DNA from: Somniosus microcephalus
Taxonomy: Eukaryota
Direction: 5' to 3'
NCBI GenBank assembly: GCA_052327205.1
Contig: JBMRGM010000041.1
Location: 9,920,001 to 9,984,000 of the forward strand
Length of the DNA: 64,000 nucleotides
How positions within the stretch are numbered: position 1 is the first letter of the stretch; the number at the start of each line of letters is the position of its first letter. Both the position numbers and the translations under genes were made by a program. The notes under the pieces are model-generated. The model saw only the letters and a list, made by a program, of their open reading frames with translations. It was not told the DNA's origin and searched no databases. This document shows positions 24,146 to 37,800 of this stretch, one piece after another.

Positions 24146-24914
24146 GCTTCAGATGCAGCACTTTACACTCTACCTGCTCTCTATAGTCATCCTTGAGAAG
24201 TACGAGATATGCAATGACTCGGATTTCCGCAGACCCTCGCAATCTCACTTCCCTCAGTTTTCCCACCATTTGCCTTTGCAACCCAAACTTGGTGTTAACC
24301 CAACTTCATCACGCCGCTTTCTGCTTACAGCAGAATTTACCTAGATGGTTTCCACTGGTCAGTAACGAGAGGACACACGTTTAAGATCATCGGTAAAAGA
24401 ATTAAGCAGTTAAGATAAAAAAAACACGTGCAATTCTCAGGCACAAAGCTTTGTTGAAGCGAGGTCCATACTAAAGGGAATTACGGACAGCTGCTTAAAT
24501 AAAAAAAACAGTAGGGACCACGGTGAGTGGAATTCTCCACAAGCTGGCTCTTGGCAGAAAATCAGATTGTGCCAAAATAGGAGGCCAGAATATGAAGTAA
24601 TGTACAGCTCATCATTGATCATACACCACTACCGGCTTTGTGATGAGCAAATTAACGCGGTCAGCATCAAGGGACAGATATGGGAATGACAGGACTCTCA
24701 TTTCGCAGTGTAGTACTGGAGTTGGCAGTACCCCTTTCCACCGAATTGTGCTGGCTAATTCTACTCCTCCCCATTTCTACCCACTCAAGTGCCCACTGGT
24801 CTGCATGCTTACCAGTTGAGCCCGTCCTCATCTGCCAGCCCCCACCCAGGAGCAACCCTTCAGCAAAGGATAGGGTAAATGGGGGGAGGTAAAGCAAGAG
24901 ATTTTTTTTTAAAT

Positions 24915-25402
24915 TTATTCATGGGATGTGGGCGTCATTAGCAAGGCCATCTTATGGGCATTTATTGGCCATCTTGATTTGCCCTCGAGAAGGTGGCGGT
25001 GAGCCGCCTTCCTGAACTGCTGCAGTCACGTGATTCCACAGAGTGCGGTTAGGGAGGGAGCTCCAGGATTTTGACCCAGCGACGACGAAGGAACGGCCCG
25101 ATACATTTCTAAGTCAGGATGGTGTGTGTGTGTGACTTGGAGGTGGTGGTGTTCCCATGCGCCTGCTGCCCTTGTCCTTCTAGGTGGAAGAGGTGGCGGG
25201 TTTGGGAGGTGCTGCCGAAGAAGCCTTGACGAGTTGCTGCAGTGCATCTTGTAGATGGTACACACGGCAGCCACGGTGAGCCGGTGGTGGAGGGAGTGAA
25301 TGTTTAAGGCGGTGGATGGGGTGCCAATCAAGCGGGCTGCTTTGTCCTGGATGGTGTCGAGCTTCTCGAGTGTTGTTGGAGCTGCGCTCATCCAGGCAAG
25401 TG
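24915..25402 (-). mobile_element. CR1/L2-group LINE 3' fragment
   Basis: LAWMSAAPTTLEKLDTIQDKAARLIG. Confidence 0.8.
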
Positions 25403-25443
25403 TCAAAAAGAAACAGACAAGCAACACCCTAATTGGAGTAATC

Positions 25444-25449
25444 TTTATT
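25444..25449 (-). terminator. CCT3 poly(A) signal AATAAA
   Basis: TTTATT on plus, ~285 nt past the stop codon. Confidence 0.6.
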
Positions 25450-25733
25450 GAATGCCAACACTCAAAACTAAAAGAATGAAAAAGTTACTGTTGGTGCCCG
25501 TTCAGCCATGGAAACATCCAAATAGGTAACTGTAATTTAATTTGTACCCCCTCCCCCCCCCCCCCAGGTCACCTTGTCGAACTTTGCTGCCTTTCCCGTT
25601 CTTTAAACAATAAATACTGAGGGGGGGGGGGGGGGGGGTCCTGTCCCGAGTGCTGACAGTGTTGGGGTGGGTGAGGGCGGCTGTGCGTTGTGGTCCTTCC
25701 TAGGTGCTGCGCTCGGTGCCTCGGTCCCACGTT

Positions 25734-25832
25734 TTAGTTGTACGACGCGTCGCCATCGCCTCCGCGACTGTCGTCCTTCTTGCTTTTGTAGCCGGACACG
25801 ATGTCATCGATGCGCAGTAGCAAGATGGCGGT
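25734..25832 (-). CDS. CCT3: CCT3 exon 14 (last coding)
   Basis: TAILLLRIDDIVSGYKSKKDDSRGGDGDASYN*; CAG acceptor. Confidence 0.93.
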   Translation of the reverse strand, partial: TAILLLRIDDIVSGYKSKKDDSRGGDGDASYN

Positions 25833-28800
25833 CTGCAGGGGAAACAGAAGGCACGGGGTCAGAATGATCAGCGCACAGCTGGACGCACCTGCACACGGCT
25901 TTCTCGAGACTCTTCGCTCGATACCGGTGGGATACAACCAGCCTGTTGCCCCAGCCAGTCGAGATCAGGTAATGTGGCGCACAGTTTGGAGGACCGAGTC
26001 TGGGACCTTCGCGATCCAAATGGCTCGCTCACACGTTGCATCAGGTGAACCAAGAGCCACAGAAGGGCGGAGGACCTCCGCAAGGCTGCAATGTGTCAGT
26101 TTTAAACAGGCGCAAAGCCGAGATGAGGCGCACAATTTTCTCAGCATGAAAACTGGCGTAAAACAGCAGCAATTCTCCCCATCCCTCCAACCCCCAGATA
26201 ATGCCGCTTGTGGGCCAGTTAAGTCACTGGTTTCCCACCTACACCCACAGTCTCTCGTTTTACTGCACAGTAATTGAGCCAAGGGTATGGTAGCATAGTA
26301 GTTGTGTCACTGGGCTAGTAATCCCGAGGCCTGGACTAATCCGAAGACGTGAGTTCAAATCCCACCACGGCAGCTGGGGAATTTAAATTCAGTTCATTAA
26401 ATAAATCTGGAATAAAAAGCTCAGGATCAGTAACGATGACCCTGAAACTAACAGATGGTCGCAAAACCCATCTGGTTCACTGATGTCCTTTAGGGAAGGA
26501 AATCTACTGTCCTTACCCGGTCTGGCCTATAAGTGACTCCAGACCCACAGCAATGTGGTTGGCTTTTAACTGCCCTCTGAAATGGCCTAGCAAGCCGATC
26601 AGTTGTATAGGGCACTCACCACCACCTTTGAGGGCAATAAATGCTGGCCTTGCCAGCGACGCCCACATCCATGGGAATGAATTTTTAAAAATCCTCAGTT
26701 GAAGGCATTTGATTTAAAGGTTTGCAGGGAGGCAAGACACGGCAGGAGAGCAGGGCTTGTAGCAGAGCAGACAAACCGCTCGGCTTAGGGCACAGCACGG
26801 AGCGGTGGACACTGGTTAAACCCCCGATCCCATTAATTATACCGCAAACTGTCGATACCAAGAGATCTCGGCGGTCCAAGTTACCCAGCAAGGAGGCGAT
26901 AGCGCCAAGAAAAGCCCTTTGCAAACCTCCAGGCCCACGAAATTCAAACAGGACAAACCAGAGGCAGAAATAAACAAATAGGACGGAGTTGTCTGCATCT
27001 CACGGGCACGAGCCGGGGCACCCTCGCAACCAAAATCTGAACAGTCCCACCGTGTTACAAACAAGTACTGTTTGCAACAATCCATTCTTCCAGGAGTGTG
27101 CAATTATATTCACATTCGCAGTCGGAAAATATAAATTAATATTTGCTTTCTTGGTTTATAGAGAGTGATGAAAATCAGTCAATGAATTACTTTGAACTGC
27201 AGTGACCGGAGTGCTTGAATAGTTGTGGGAAGGGCTGCGAACAAACCTGCACCTTTTCATTCCAGAAATCACAACCCTTACCCTCCCTCCCAGCTGTGCC
27301 CGGATCTCGGACGAGACTCACCTCCACCGATGTTTTAAAAGTCTGCGCTTTTACAGCCAGAGGTTCCCAGATCCCGAGCTCCTTCATGTCGGTCAAGGCT
27401 CCGGTCTCTCCGTTGACTCCCCAGGTCTGGCAGCCCTCCTGCGTGTGCTTTGCCTGTGAAGACCACACGCGGGTTGCGGTTTTAGACGGTACAACAGCCT
27501 CGGAACAAAATAGTCAAGTCATTCTGGCGCTAGACGTAGTCAAATCAGAAGGGACTTCCCGTACAGTATGGACAGCAGGGAAGAGACAGTGGGAAAGACA
27601 TTTTTATTGTGCCGAAACTCAGTATTTTCAAAACTGTAGGAGGCCGTTTAGCCATTATTGTTACCAGTTTATAATTATGAATGAATGTTTTGGAAAGTGG
27701 GGCAGAAAGAAATTCCCATTTTCCCCAGCACACACACTTTATTGAGGTAAGCATCTTTAGGGTAGAACTGGCATCAAGGGGATATTTCTGTTGATCCAAA
27801 ATTGGAATGGAGTCAACCCCACCCCCGGTCAACCTGGTAGATTAACGCGACCAGTCACCGGAGCCAGGAATCTTCCCATTCGGCTCCCAATAACCCGACA
27901 GGGCAGGTGGTAACAAAAGCACAGAGGAGGGTTTCAGCAGCAGATGGGCTGAGTGCAGGGGCGGAGACGGGCCATGTTAGGGAGGTGGAAGTAGGTGGTC
28001 TTTAACGACGGAGTCGGAAGCTCAGCTCAAGGGTCAAACAGGACACCGAGTCTGCCAACAATCTGGTTCAGCATGGGACAGTGGCCAGGGAGAGGGACGG
28101 ATCGCCACCCGGTAATTACTGGGTAGTAAACGAGTGGGAACCCTCGCGGATTTCGCCTCCATGCCCATCAGAGCACTGCCTGCGGGCAGCACAGACCCAC
28201 AACTGAACCTGGGACCTTCTGACCCGCATAGCTCGTACCACACTGCCACCCACTGATGAACCGATTACCCATGGCTCGGGACGCCATTCTAGCCGCCTGT
28301 GTCGAAAGGGAACGCCTTACCCTAAGGGAGGTGAGTAAACGGATGGTGCTCGCCCCGCAGTTCTGGATTAGCGTCCTGGGGATGACCTCCAGGGCGTGTG
28401 CCACCGCACGATACGGCCACTGCTCCACGCCGGTCATAGTCTTGGATTTCTCAGTCAGGGCGTGTGCTATGGCCATCTCCGACGCTCCGCCACCAGGCAC
28501 CAGGTGTGGGTCCAGGAGTACGTTGCGAGTCACCTGCATGGCGTCCTGCAGGTTACGCTCCACCTCCTGAATCACAGAACCGAACATTGAAGCTACAAGC
28601 AGAACTACACTGGCTCCCGATCCAGCAACATCTCGAATTTTAAATTCTCACCCTGCTTTTCCAACCCCTCCACGCCCTCAGCTCCTCCCCATCTCGAACC
28701 TCCGCCAGCCCTACAACCTGCCGCGATCTCTGCCCTCCTCCAACTCCAGCCCCTCGTGCTTCCTTCGCCCCACCACTGGTGGCCTGGTTTCTGTGACTGG

Positions 28801-31800
28801 CAGGAACTCCAGGAGGGACGATCACACTAGGAGCGCGAGCTAGCATGGGCGGCGATTTCTGATGGACAGCTGGACTCTTGGATGTTTTGACTTCCACGTG
28901 GCGAAAAACTGGGGCAATTGCAGCATTTAACACGAGCCTGACAGTCCCTAAATCAGACACAGCTCAATAAATAGTACATGGAAAAAGGCCGTTCAGCCCA
29001 GCCAGTTCAACCTCATGTCCACCGTTTCCCTACACCACCAATGTTCCCCGTAATTTTTGGGGGGGCTGCGCGGACCATTCAAAATCCACGCATGCGCAGT
29101 TTTCTCAATTTAAAAGGCTGCTCATCGACTGAGCGTCCAGGACCCCTGGAATGCTGCGCGGCCGTGCACCCTCAAGGGAATATCGTCCAACTATTTTAAA
29201 AAACAGACATGGTCTCTGCTTCAACTACTAACTCCAGTTGTAGGTTCGCAACTCGGCAAAAAGATTCTTCTCCCCTCTGTCCTAAATCTCGACATTTAAT
29301 CTTGTACCTGTGCCCTCCTCCCACTCACCGATAACAGTCTGTTTCTATCTTACTTTTCCAACCAGTTATAATTTTAAAAAACCCTCAAACAGTCCGCGAA
29401 CCTCGAACACACCTGGAAAGAGAGCATTGACCCACCGCCCTGCTTACCGCCAGTATCTCTTTGCTCGCTCCGCGGAGGAGAATGGTGCAAGCTTTGGGGT
29501 CTTTGCATTCAGTGATGAAAGCAAAATATTCATCGCCGATCTTCTTGATCTCAAACAGGCCAGCACCGGTGCCAATGTCCTCCTCACGAAGCTCGTCTGT
29601 CCGGCTAACAATGCGAGCACCACATGCCCTGCAAAATCAAGAGAGGCGTAGACTTGGAGAAGATGTTTCTGCTTGTGGGCGAGACCAGAATTGGACACCA
29701 CTGGTAGCAGACACGGCTACACCCGATACTAGTTGCCGGAGTGGTGTACAAAACATTAATAGTCTCACATTTCGCCAGACAGGACAGGTAAGTTCCAAAA
29801 ACACTACTACCCCACCCTCCCCATGATTTATCGCAAATCTCTATCTAGCAAGAGCCCCCCACCTTCTCCCAATTGAAGCAAGGTCACTGTACCTGGCAAT
29901 TCGGTTGTTGTCACTCTTCCTGATACGACGGATAGCAGAAATATTTGCCTTCATGAGGTAGTGTAGGGCCAGGTCTGGAGAGGAAGAGGACGACAGATAT
30001 CAAGTTGTGTTGGCATGCCCGGAAATAATTCGATTTTCCAAATACACGCCAGCGAGCCTGCCCAGGGGCCAGAAGGACAGTTTTCTTTTTGAAAGACTTT
30101 GAACTAGCGATTAATCATTTCAACACAGAGCCCATAAGTCAGCAGGCTCGTATCCTGTTCGCGTCTTCAGCATCAGCATGGCAGACACTGGCCCTCATTA
30201 TGATGGCAGCTCAGAAACGCAGGGTGAAGTGGGGTATCTGCTGCCACCTGAACAGGACAGGTTGATTCATTTACATTTGGGTGTGCAAGGCGCAAATACA
30301 GACAGCCGAAGGTGCGCCAGTATTTGGAGAATTGGTTCAGGAGCTGGACTATCTCGGGGCATTTTCATCGGAATTAGTGCTGCAACCGAGAACTATTCAT
30401 TGAAACGGAGCGGTGCTTAAAAACAAGCGGGTAAGAGTTCTTGATCTTGCTCGCTGCCCTCTGCAAGAAGGAGACCCAACCCAACATCACCAAAGCCTTT
30501 TGGACTCACCGTGATGAGACAGGTATGTGGCCGGCTTGAAGTGACTCACACAGCCACATCCACCCATCATGAAACTGGGGCCCGAAACACCGACACAGTC
30601 CAGCGGTCAACAGAGGTGCACGAGATGGACAGGAAAAGCAAAGCGGGAAGGGTGGGAATGGTTCTGGGCTTTAATACTCAAATGCTTGGCAGATACACAG
30701 AGGAACTCACAGGAGGAGCATCAGCTTGGCTCAGGTAGCAGCACATGTGCCTCTGGGCCAGAAGGTTTGGGTTTGATCTGGGTTACATTCCAATGCAGCA
30801 TTGAGGGAGTGCCACATGTCTCTTCTGAAGGAAGAAGCAATTAGGACGAGCCAGCCCATTAAAGATATTAAGGGGAACAGATAGTTTCTATCTCGATCTA
30901 CCCTATTTGCACTAGTTGGGGATTCTAGGACTAGGGGGGGTAGAGTCTAAAAATTAGAGCCTGGCCTTTCAGGAGTGAAATCAGGAAACACTTCTACACA
31001 CAAAGGGTGGTAAAAGTTTGGAACTGTTTCTGCAAATGAGAGGCCGGACCGGAAGCGGGAGAAGCAGGCCTGGGCCGTCGGACCGTGGAGCCGGCGGCGA
31101 CCAGAGGGTGTGTTCGGCGAGTCGGACGGAGGCAGCGCAGTGGGACACAACAGCAGCCATGACGACTCGCAGTCCGACTGGGAGGAGGGGAGCCGGGAAT
31201 GGTGGCCAGAGGGTGAGCGGGAGAAGCAGGCCACCACACGTGGAGCCGAGCCGGCAACAGTGAGGAGGAGGACGGAGCAGCTGAGGGACATCGTGCTCCC
31301 ACTGCCACTGGATGCCAAAGAATTGACTTTCTGAACACGGCGCTATAAAAATAGCTGACGTGTCCCGACGGGGAGTAAGCATTCCATTGTACTTGTACTG
31401 GTTACATATGGCAAATAACATTGAATTGAAGCTAGATCAATTGTTAATTTTAAACCGGAGATTGACAGATTTTGTGTTAACCAAAGGGATTAAGGGATAT
31501 GGGGCAAAGGCAGGTACATGGGGTTAGGTTGCAGATCAGCCATGATCTCATTGAGGGCGGAACAGGCTAGAGGGGCTCAATGGCCTCTTCCTGTTCCTAA
31601 AAGATGTTCAGGGAAGACGCTTGGGACCGATACTCTGGAGAGGGCCTCCATCTCGCGATCTATTTGAACCCAACAGATTCCACTCGGTAGCGTGCACAGT
31701 ACCTGAGATGCCCTTCTCAGTGAAAAGGAGGTCAGGTTTGAGGCGGATGACTTCCTCGCATATCTGCTGAATATAATCTTCCTCCATCTGCAGGATGCGG

Positions 31801-34800
31801 GTGAAGTCCTCCTCACGAGTGATTTCAATATCAGTCTGGAACATACAGGCTCATTAGCCAGAGCGCAGGCAACAGTAACGAATGATCAATTATCACAAAC
31901 CTTGCGTTTTGGGAAATTAGGAATACCAGACAGTAGACACCACGTCACTGGCAGAGATACTTACCTTGTAACAGGTTATAGTTCGGTGAGTCAACGCACT
32001 GAGCTATACATACTAGAAGAAGCCACCTTAAACCACCTATCTCCAAGTTACCCGACTGCAGCAGTTTAGGGGATAAAAAAAAAGTCAGACGGAGCTCTCC
32101 TGATCACCGTTCAGGGACTTCCAGCTTTCTTCATGCTGGACAAGGACAGAATTGGGCTTGGCTGCGATGCCCCAAGTGAATGAACGGCCAACACCACCCA
32201 CTATCCCGGTGGGGGCAAAAGAGGGAGCGCGCAAAAGGAGGGAGAGGAAAGGTCCCGGCAGATTGGAAAACTGCTAATGTAACACCCTTATTTAAGAAGG
32301 GAAGTAGACAAAAAGCTGGAAACTATAGACCAGTTAGCCTAACATCTGTGGTTGGTAAAATGTTGGAGTCCATTATTAAGGAAACAGTAACAGAGCATTT
32401 GGATAAACATAATTTAATAGGACAGAGTCAGCATGGTTTTACGAAGGGGAAGTCATGTTTGACAAATTTGCTCGAATTCTTTGAGGATGTAACATACAGG
32501 GTGGATAAAGGGGAACCAGTGGATGTGGTGTATTTGGACTTCCAAAAGGCAGTTGACAAGGTTCCACACAAAAGATTACTGATCAAGATAAAAAAAAAAA
32601 AATCACAGGATTGGGGGTAATATACTGGCATGGGTGGAAGATTGGTTATCTAACAGAAAACAAAGAGTTGGGATAAATGGTTCATTCTCGGGCTGGCAAT
32701 CAGTAACTAGTAGTGTTCCGCAGGGGTCAGTGCTGGGACCCCAACTCTTTACAATCTATATTAAAGATTTGGAGGAAGGGACCGAGTGCAACATATCCAA
32801 GTTTGCCGACGATACAAAGATGGGAGGGAAAGCAGTGAGTGAGGACATAAAAAACCTGCAAAAGGACATAGACAGGCTAAGTGAGTGGGCAGAAATTTGG
32901 CAGATGGAATATAATGTTGGAAAGTGTGAGGTTATGCACTTTGGCAGAAAAAAATCAAAGAGCAAGTTATTATCTAAATGGAGAGAAACTGCGAAGTGCT
33001 ACAGTACAAAGGGATCTGGGGGCCCTGGTGCATGAAACACAGAAGGTTAGTATGCAGGTGCAGCAGGTGATCAGGAAGGCCAATGGAATCTTGGCTTTTA
33101 TTGCGAGGGGGATGGAGTATAAAAACAGGGAAGTCTTGCTTCAGTTATACAGGGTACTGGTGAGGCCACACCTGGAATACTGCGTGCAGTTTTGGTTTCC
33201 ATATTTAAGAAAAGATATACTTGCTCTCGAGGCGGTTCAGAGAAGGTTCACTCGGTTGATTCCAGAGATGAGGGGGCTGACGTATGAGGAAAGGTTGAAT
33301 AGGTTGGGACTCTACTCATTGGAGTTCAGAAGAATAAGAGGCGATCTTATCGAAACATATAAGATTGTGAGGTGGATTAATCGGGTGGATGCGGTGAGGA
33401 TGTTTCCACTGATGGGCGAGACTAGAACTAGGGGGCATAATCTTAGTTTTGAAAGGGCAGCCCCTTATTCTGAGATGAGGAGAAACTTCTTCACTCAGGA
33501 GGGTAGTAAATCTATGGAATTTGCTACCTCAGAGAGCTGTGGAAGCTGCAACATTAAATAAATTTAAAACGGAGATAGACAGTTTCCTAGCAGATAAGGG
33601 AATTAGGGGTTACGGGGAGAGGGCAGGGAAGTGGACGTGAGTCTAGGTTCGGATCAGCCATGATCCTATTGAATGGCAGAGCAGGCCCGAGGGGCCGTAT
33701 GGCCTACTCCTATTTCTTATGTTCTTAAAAGAGGGAGCGCGCAAAAGAGGAAAGAGAGAGAAAGAGGGAGGGGGGGGGGGGGGGGGAAGGGGTTAAGCAG
33801 GAAAGAACCGCTAATGGGTCCAAACTGAAAATTAAGAAACCAGGGGACCTGGACAGTGCAACCACGACTGTCAACATGTACAATAACGGAACAATATTGG
33901 CGCAAGGCAACCTCAACGACTTTGAAACGGCCTTCAAGACACTGAAAGAAAAAGCGGAGGGGAAGGAACAGCCCCAGAGTGGCTAACAGGGGAAAAGCGA
34001 CTCGCACTCCCCCCACCATTGACAACTCAGCAGGAGCAAATCAGCCTGGTCAGGAGGTGAACGAGCCACAGTTCTAACCAGACACTCACCCCGGGGCCCC
34101 ACAGCCACATGATACAGCTGACTAACCCCAGCGTAACTACCAGGGAGGAAGCCACACATACTCCCCCTACCACTTCCAGCTCACCAAGAGAAGAGCAGCC
34201 TAGCCAAGAAGTGAGTGAGCCCTCCAGCGCCGACCAGACACATACCCTGGGATCTCACAGCCTGATACAACTAAAAGGATAAATTTAACCAGGTGGAGAC
34301 AGAGCTGGTTAAACTTAGAGAGGAGGTCCTTAAACTGAAACATGAACAAAAGCAAGAGAGAGAGAAATACAGGAGAGAGCTGAATCTACTTGAGAATCAA
34401 GTGAAAGAGCTGCAGGAAAACAAAGAGCCGTAGAGGAGGGATAGCACCATTAGACCAGCAGCCAGAGGCTAGAGATAAGACAATACAGAGCTGGACTGAA
34501 CAGCTGCGCTCCCACACTGAACAACAGCAGCAAACACACAATACAAGGGGTGCCACACAGACCGACCAGCATACTGAAGCTCAGTCTTCCCCCACCACTG
34601 TGGAACCACAAGCGAGCCGCTCACAAGAGGAGCGCACACACCAGACACGACCACCCCAGTCCAACACACACCCTATGAGTCCAGGCGAAAGCCACCAGAC
34701 AGTAAACACCAACAAGGCTGACATCGTAATACTCCGACTCGAATGGGAAATTTCTATGGGAGAAAAAGCTCTTCCCTAGACATATAGTAAAAAAGATCCG

Positions 34801-37800
34801 GTGCCCAACAACAGACAGAGCCCTGGAATGGCTGACCAAAACCCGATTAGGCTCCCCCAAACACATAATAATACACACTGGCACAAATGACCTAAAGGCC
34901 CAGCAGAAAGGGGTAGCAACATCGCTCAGAGCAGTGATTGAGAAGGCAAGCAATACATTCCCAAACACTAGAATCACTGTTTCCACAATATTGCCGAGAA
35001 CAGACTTCAACAACAACACAATTCATGAGATAAATGCCAGCATAGCAAGAGACTGTGAATTAAAACACAACGTGCACCTGGCCCAACACGCCACCCTCGA
35101 TGTGGAATGTCTTCACGACCGCGTCCACATCCACAGGAAACGAATACCGATCTTTGCTAAAGCCCTGAAGGACGTCGCTTTTAACCGGGTCCATACCCAG
35201 ACTCCAGGAGGACCCCCCCCCCGACCACCAGAGATCAGCGAGGTACATACCAGGACTACTACAGAGACCACCACCACACCAACCGGGACCAGAGAGGATC
35301 CCCATGCACAACAACATCAGACCTGCACCACTCCTGTCCTACAGGGGAACAGGACTGCCCCCAGCCAGACAGAGGGAGAGATGCACAGGGCGTACGCAAT
35401 ACCTCAGGCAGAGACAATCCATTAAGAGACACTAAGCAGACGTGCAGCAGCATCTACATCCACCTTATGGATCAGAAAATGAAAAAAAAAATCAAGGACT
35501 AATTACTAGAAAGAATTGTAACCAAGTAGTATTAGCATTTATAGACAATTGAGATTATCTTTTTTCCCCCCATTTAGACACGACAAACACGTATCATTCT
35601 TTAACCTATCATAGTAAAAGATCAAGCTTAACATGAAATCCTTATATATTTCGACCTGGAATATCCAAGGTCTACGCTCTTCGGTGCTCGACGTGAAGAG
35701 TATGACCCCAGAGTTCATAGATGAAACTAAAGATCTGGATATTATCATTTTACAGGAAACTTGGTATAGAGAAGGACGACACACTGGCCGTCCCCAAGGG
35801 TACACAGAGCTGGTGGTCCCCTCCAATAAATTGCCAGGAGTAACCCAAGGCAGAGACTCTGGAGGCATACTGATTTGGTTTAAAACAGAGCTTAAGAATT
35901 GCATCAAATTTATAAAAAAGGGCGAAAACCACATGTGGCTCAAAATTGAGAGGGGGATTATCTCTAACACCCAAGATGTTTTCATTTGCGCACTCTATAT
36001 CCCCCCAATGGAATCCCCGTACTTTAAAGAGGACACCTTCTCCAACATTGAGAGGGAGATTATCCAATTCCAGGCCCAGGGGAACGTGTTGATCTGTGGT
36101 GACCTCAATTCAAGAACTGGCGAAGAACCAGACTTCACCAATAATCAGGGAAACAATTACATATTCGGGAATAACCACTTCGATATCCCTTCCCATCCAT
36201 ACAGGCATAACTGCGACAAGCAGACAAATACCAACGGAAAACAGCTACTGCAGCTCTGTCGAAGCCTGGGTCTGTACATTGTCAATGGTAGGTTCATGGG
36301 AGACCTCCTAGGAAGATCGACCTATTGCTCACCTCTTGGCTGTAGCACCGTTACGGATTTGGACCCATCCTCTTGCAGAGCATTCACAGTCAAACCACAA
36401 ACAACACTGTCAGACCACAGTCAAATTACTATGTATCTTAACAAGACAGAAACAACCAACACAGAAACACAACCCAGTAAACTGTACAACACCAAAAAAT
36501 CATACAGATGGGCCAAAAACAGCACAGAAAAATACCATAAAGCAATTAGCCATGAATCAACTCAAGCTCTCTTGGGACACCTTTCTGGATAACATATACA
36601 CTCACAATAAAGAAGGCATAAACCGGGCAGTGAATAACCTAAACAATATTTTTGATAATTTGGCAACAAGGTCAAACTTGAAAGCTCGCAAGAACAAACC
36701 CAAAACAAAAAACTATGAAAAATGGTTTGACCCAGATTGCCATAACATGAGGAAAAAACTTAGAAAAATATCAAACCAAAAACACAGACAGCCAGAAAAC
36801 GAGGAATTACGCCTTACTTATTGTCAGACACTAACAATACAGAAACACACTCAGAACCAAAAAAGAGCAGTATATTAAGAATACACTCAGCTCCATTGAG
36901 GAATCCATTGATTCCAACTGTTTCTGGGACAAATGGAATACATTACACAAAAAACAACACGACAAATTGGCCATTCAAAATGGAGACACATGGGAAAACC
37001 ACTTTGAAAAATTATACCAGAAAAACACACTAAGGCCAGAGCAACACCAAATATGCAAAAAACTGGAAAAGCTCGAAATGGCCATAAAAGATAACCAAAA
37101 CCCGCTAGACTCCATAATAACAGAAAAAGGAACTATTTGAAAAACTCAAGGACCGGCGACCAGGAAAAGCTTGCGGTGCAGACGGCATACTAAGCGAGAT
37201 GATTAAACAGACGATAAAATGAAACTGGCTATCCTAAAACTCTTCAACTTGGTTCTGAGTGTCGGTTACTTCCCTGGTATCTGGGACAAAGGGCTCATAA
37301 CGCCCATATACAAAAGTGGGGACAAAGTCGACCCATATAACTATCGAGGCATCTGTGTAAACAGTAACCTGGGGAAGGTATTCTGTAGTATCATAAACAA
37401 AAGACTTATAAACTTCCTTGAGGAGCACAATGTCTTGAGTAAAAGCCAAATTGGATTCCTGCCAAACTATAGAACATCAGATCATATCTTCACCCTACAG
37501 ACCCTAATTGACACAAACGTTCATCAAAACAAAAGCAAAATCTACACGCTTTATAGATTTCCAGAAGGCTTTCGACTCCATCTGGCACGACGGTTTATTC
37601 CTGAAACTTATCGAAAGCGGGGTAGGGGGAAAAACATATGATGTAATTAAATCAATGTATACAAACAACAAATGTGCAGTTAAAATTGGAGACAAACAAA
37701 CAAAATACTTCCCACAGGGGCGGGGGGTGACGCAGGGCTCACCCATCTCACTGACACACTAATATTTACATAAATGAATTGGCAAAACTACTTGAACAAT

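Noticed and set aside
26910-26945. Short similarity to 46995-47030 (CTTTG/CCAAACCTCCAGG) suggesting a repeated intronic RNA
   Set aside because: Only ~25-30 bp, flanks do not align; more likely chance or a decayed repeat.
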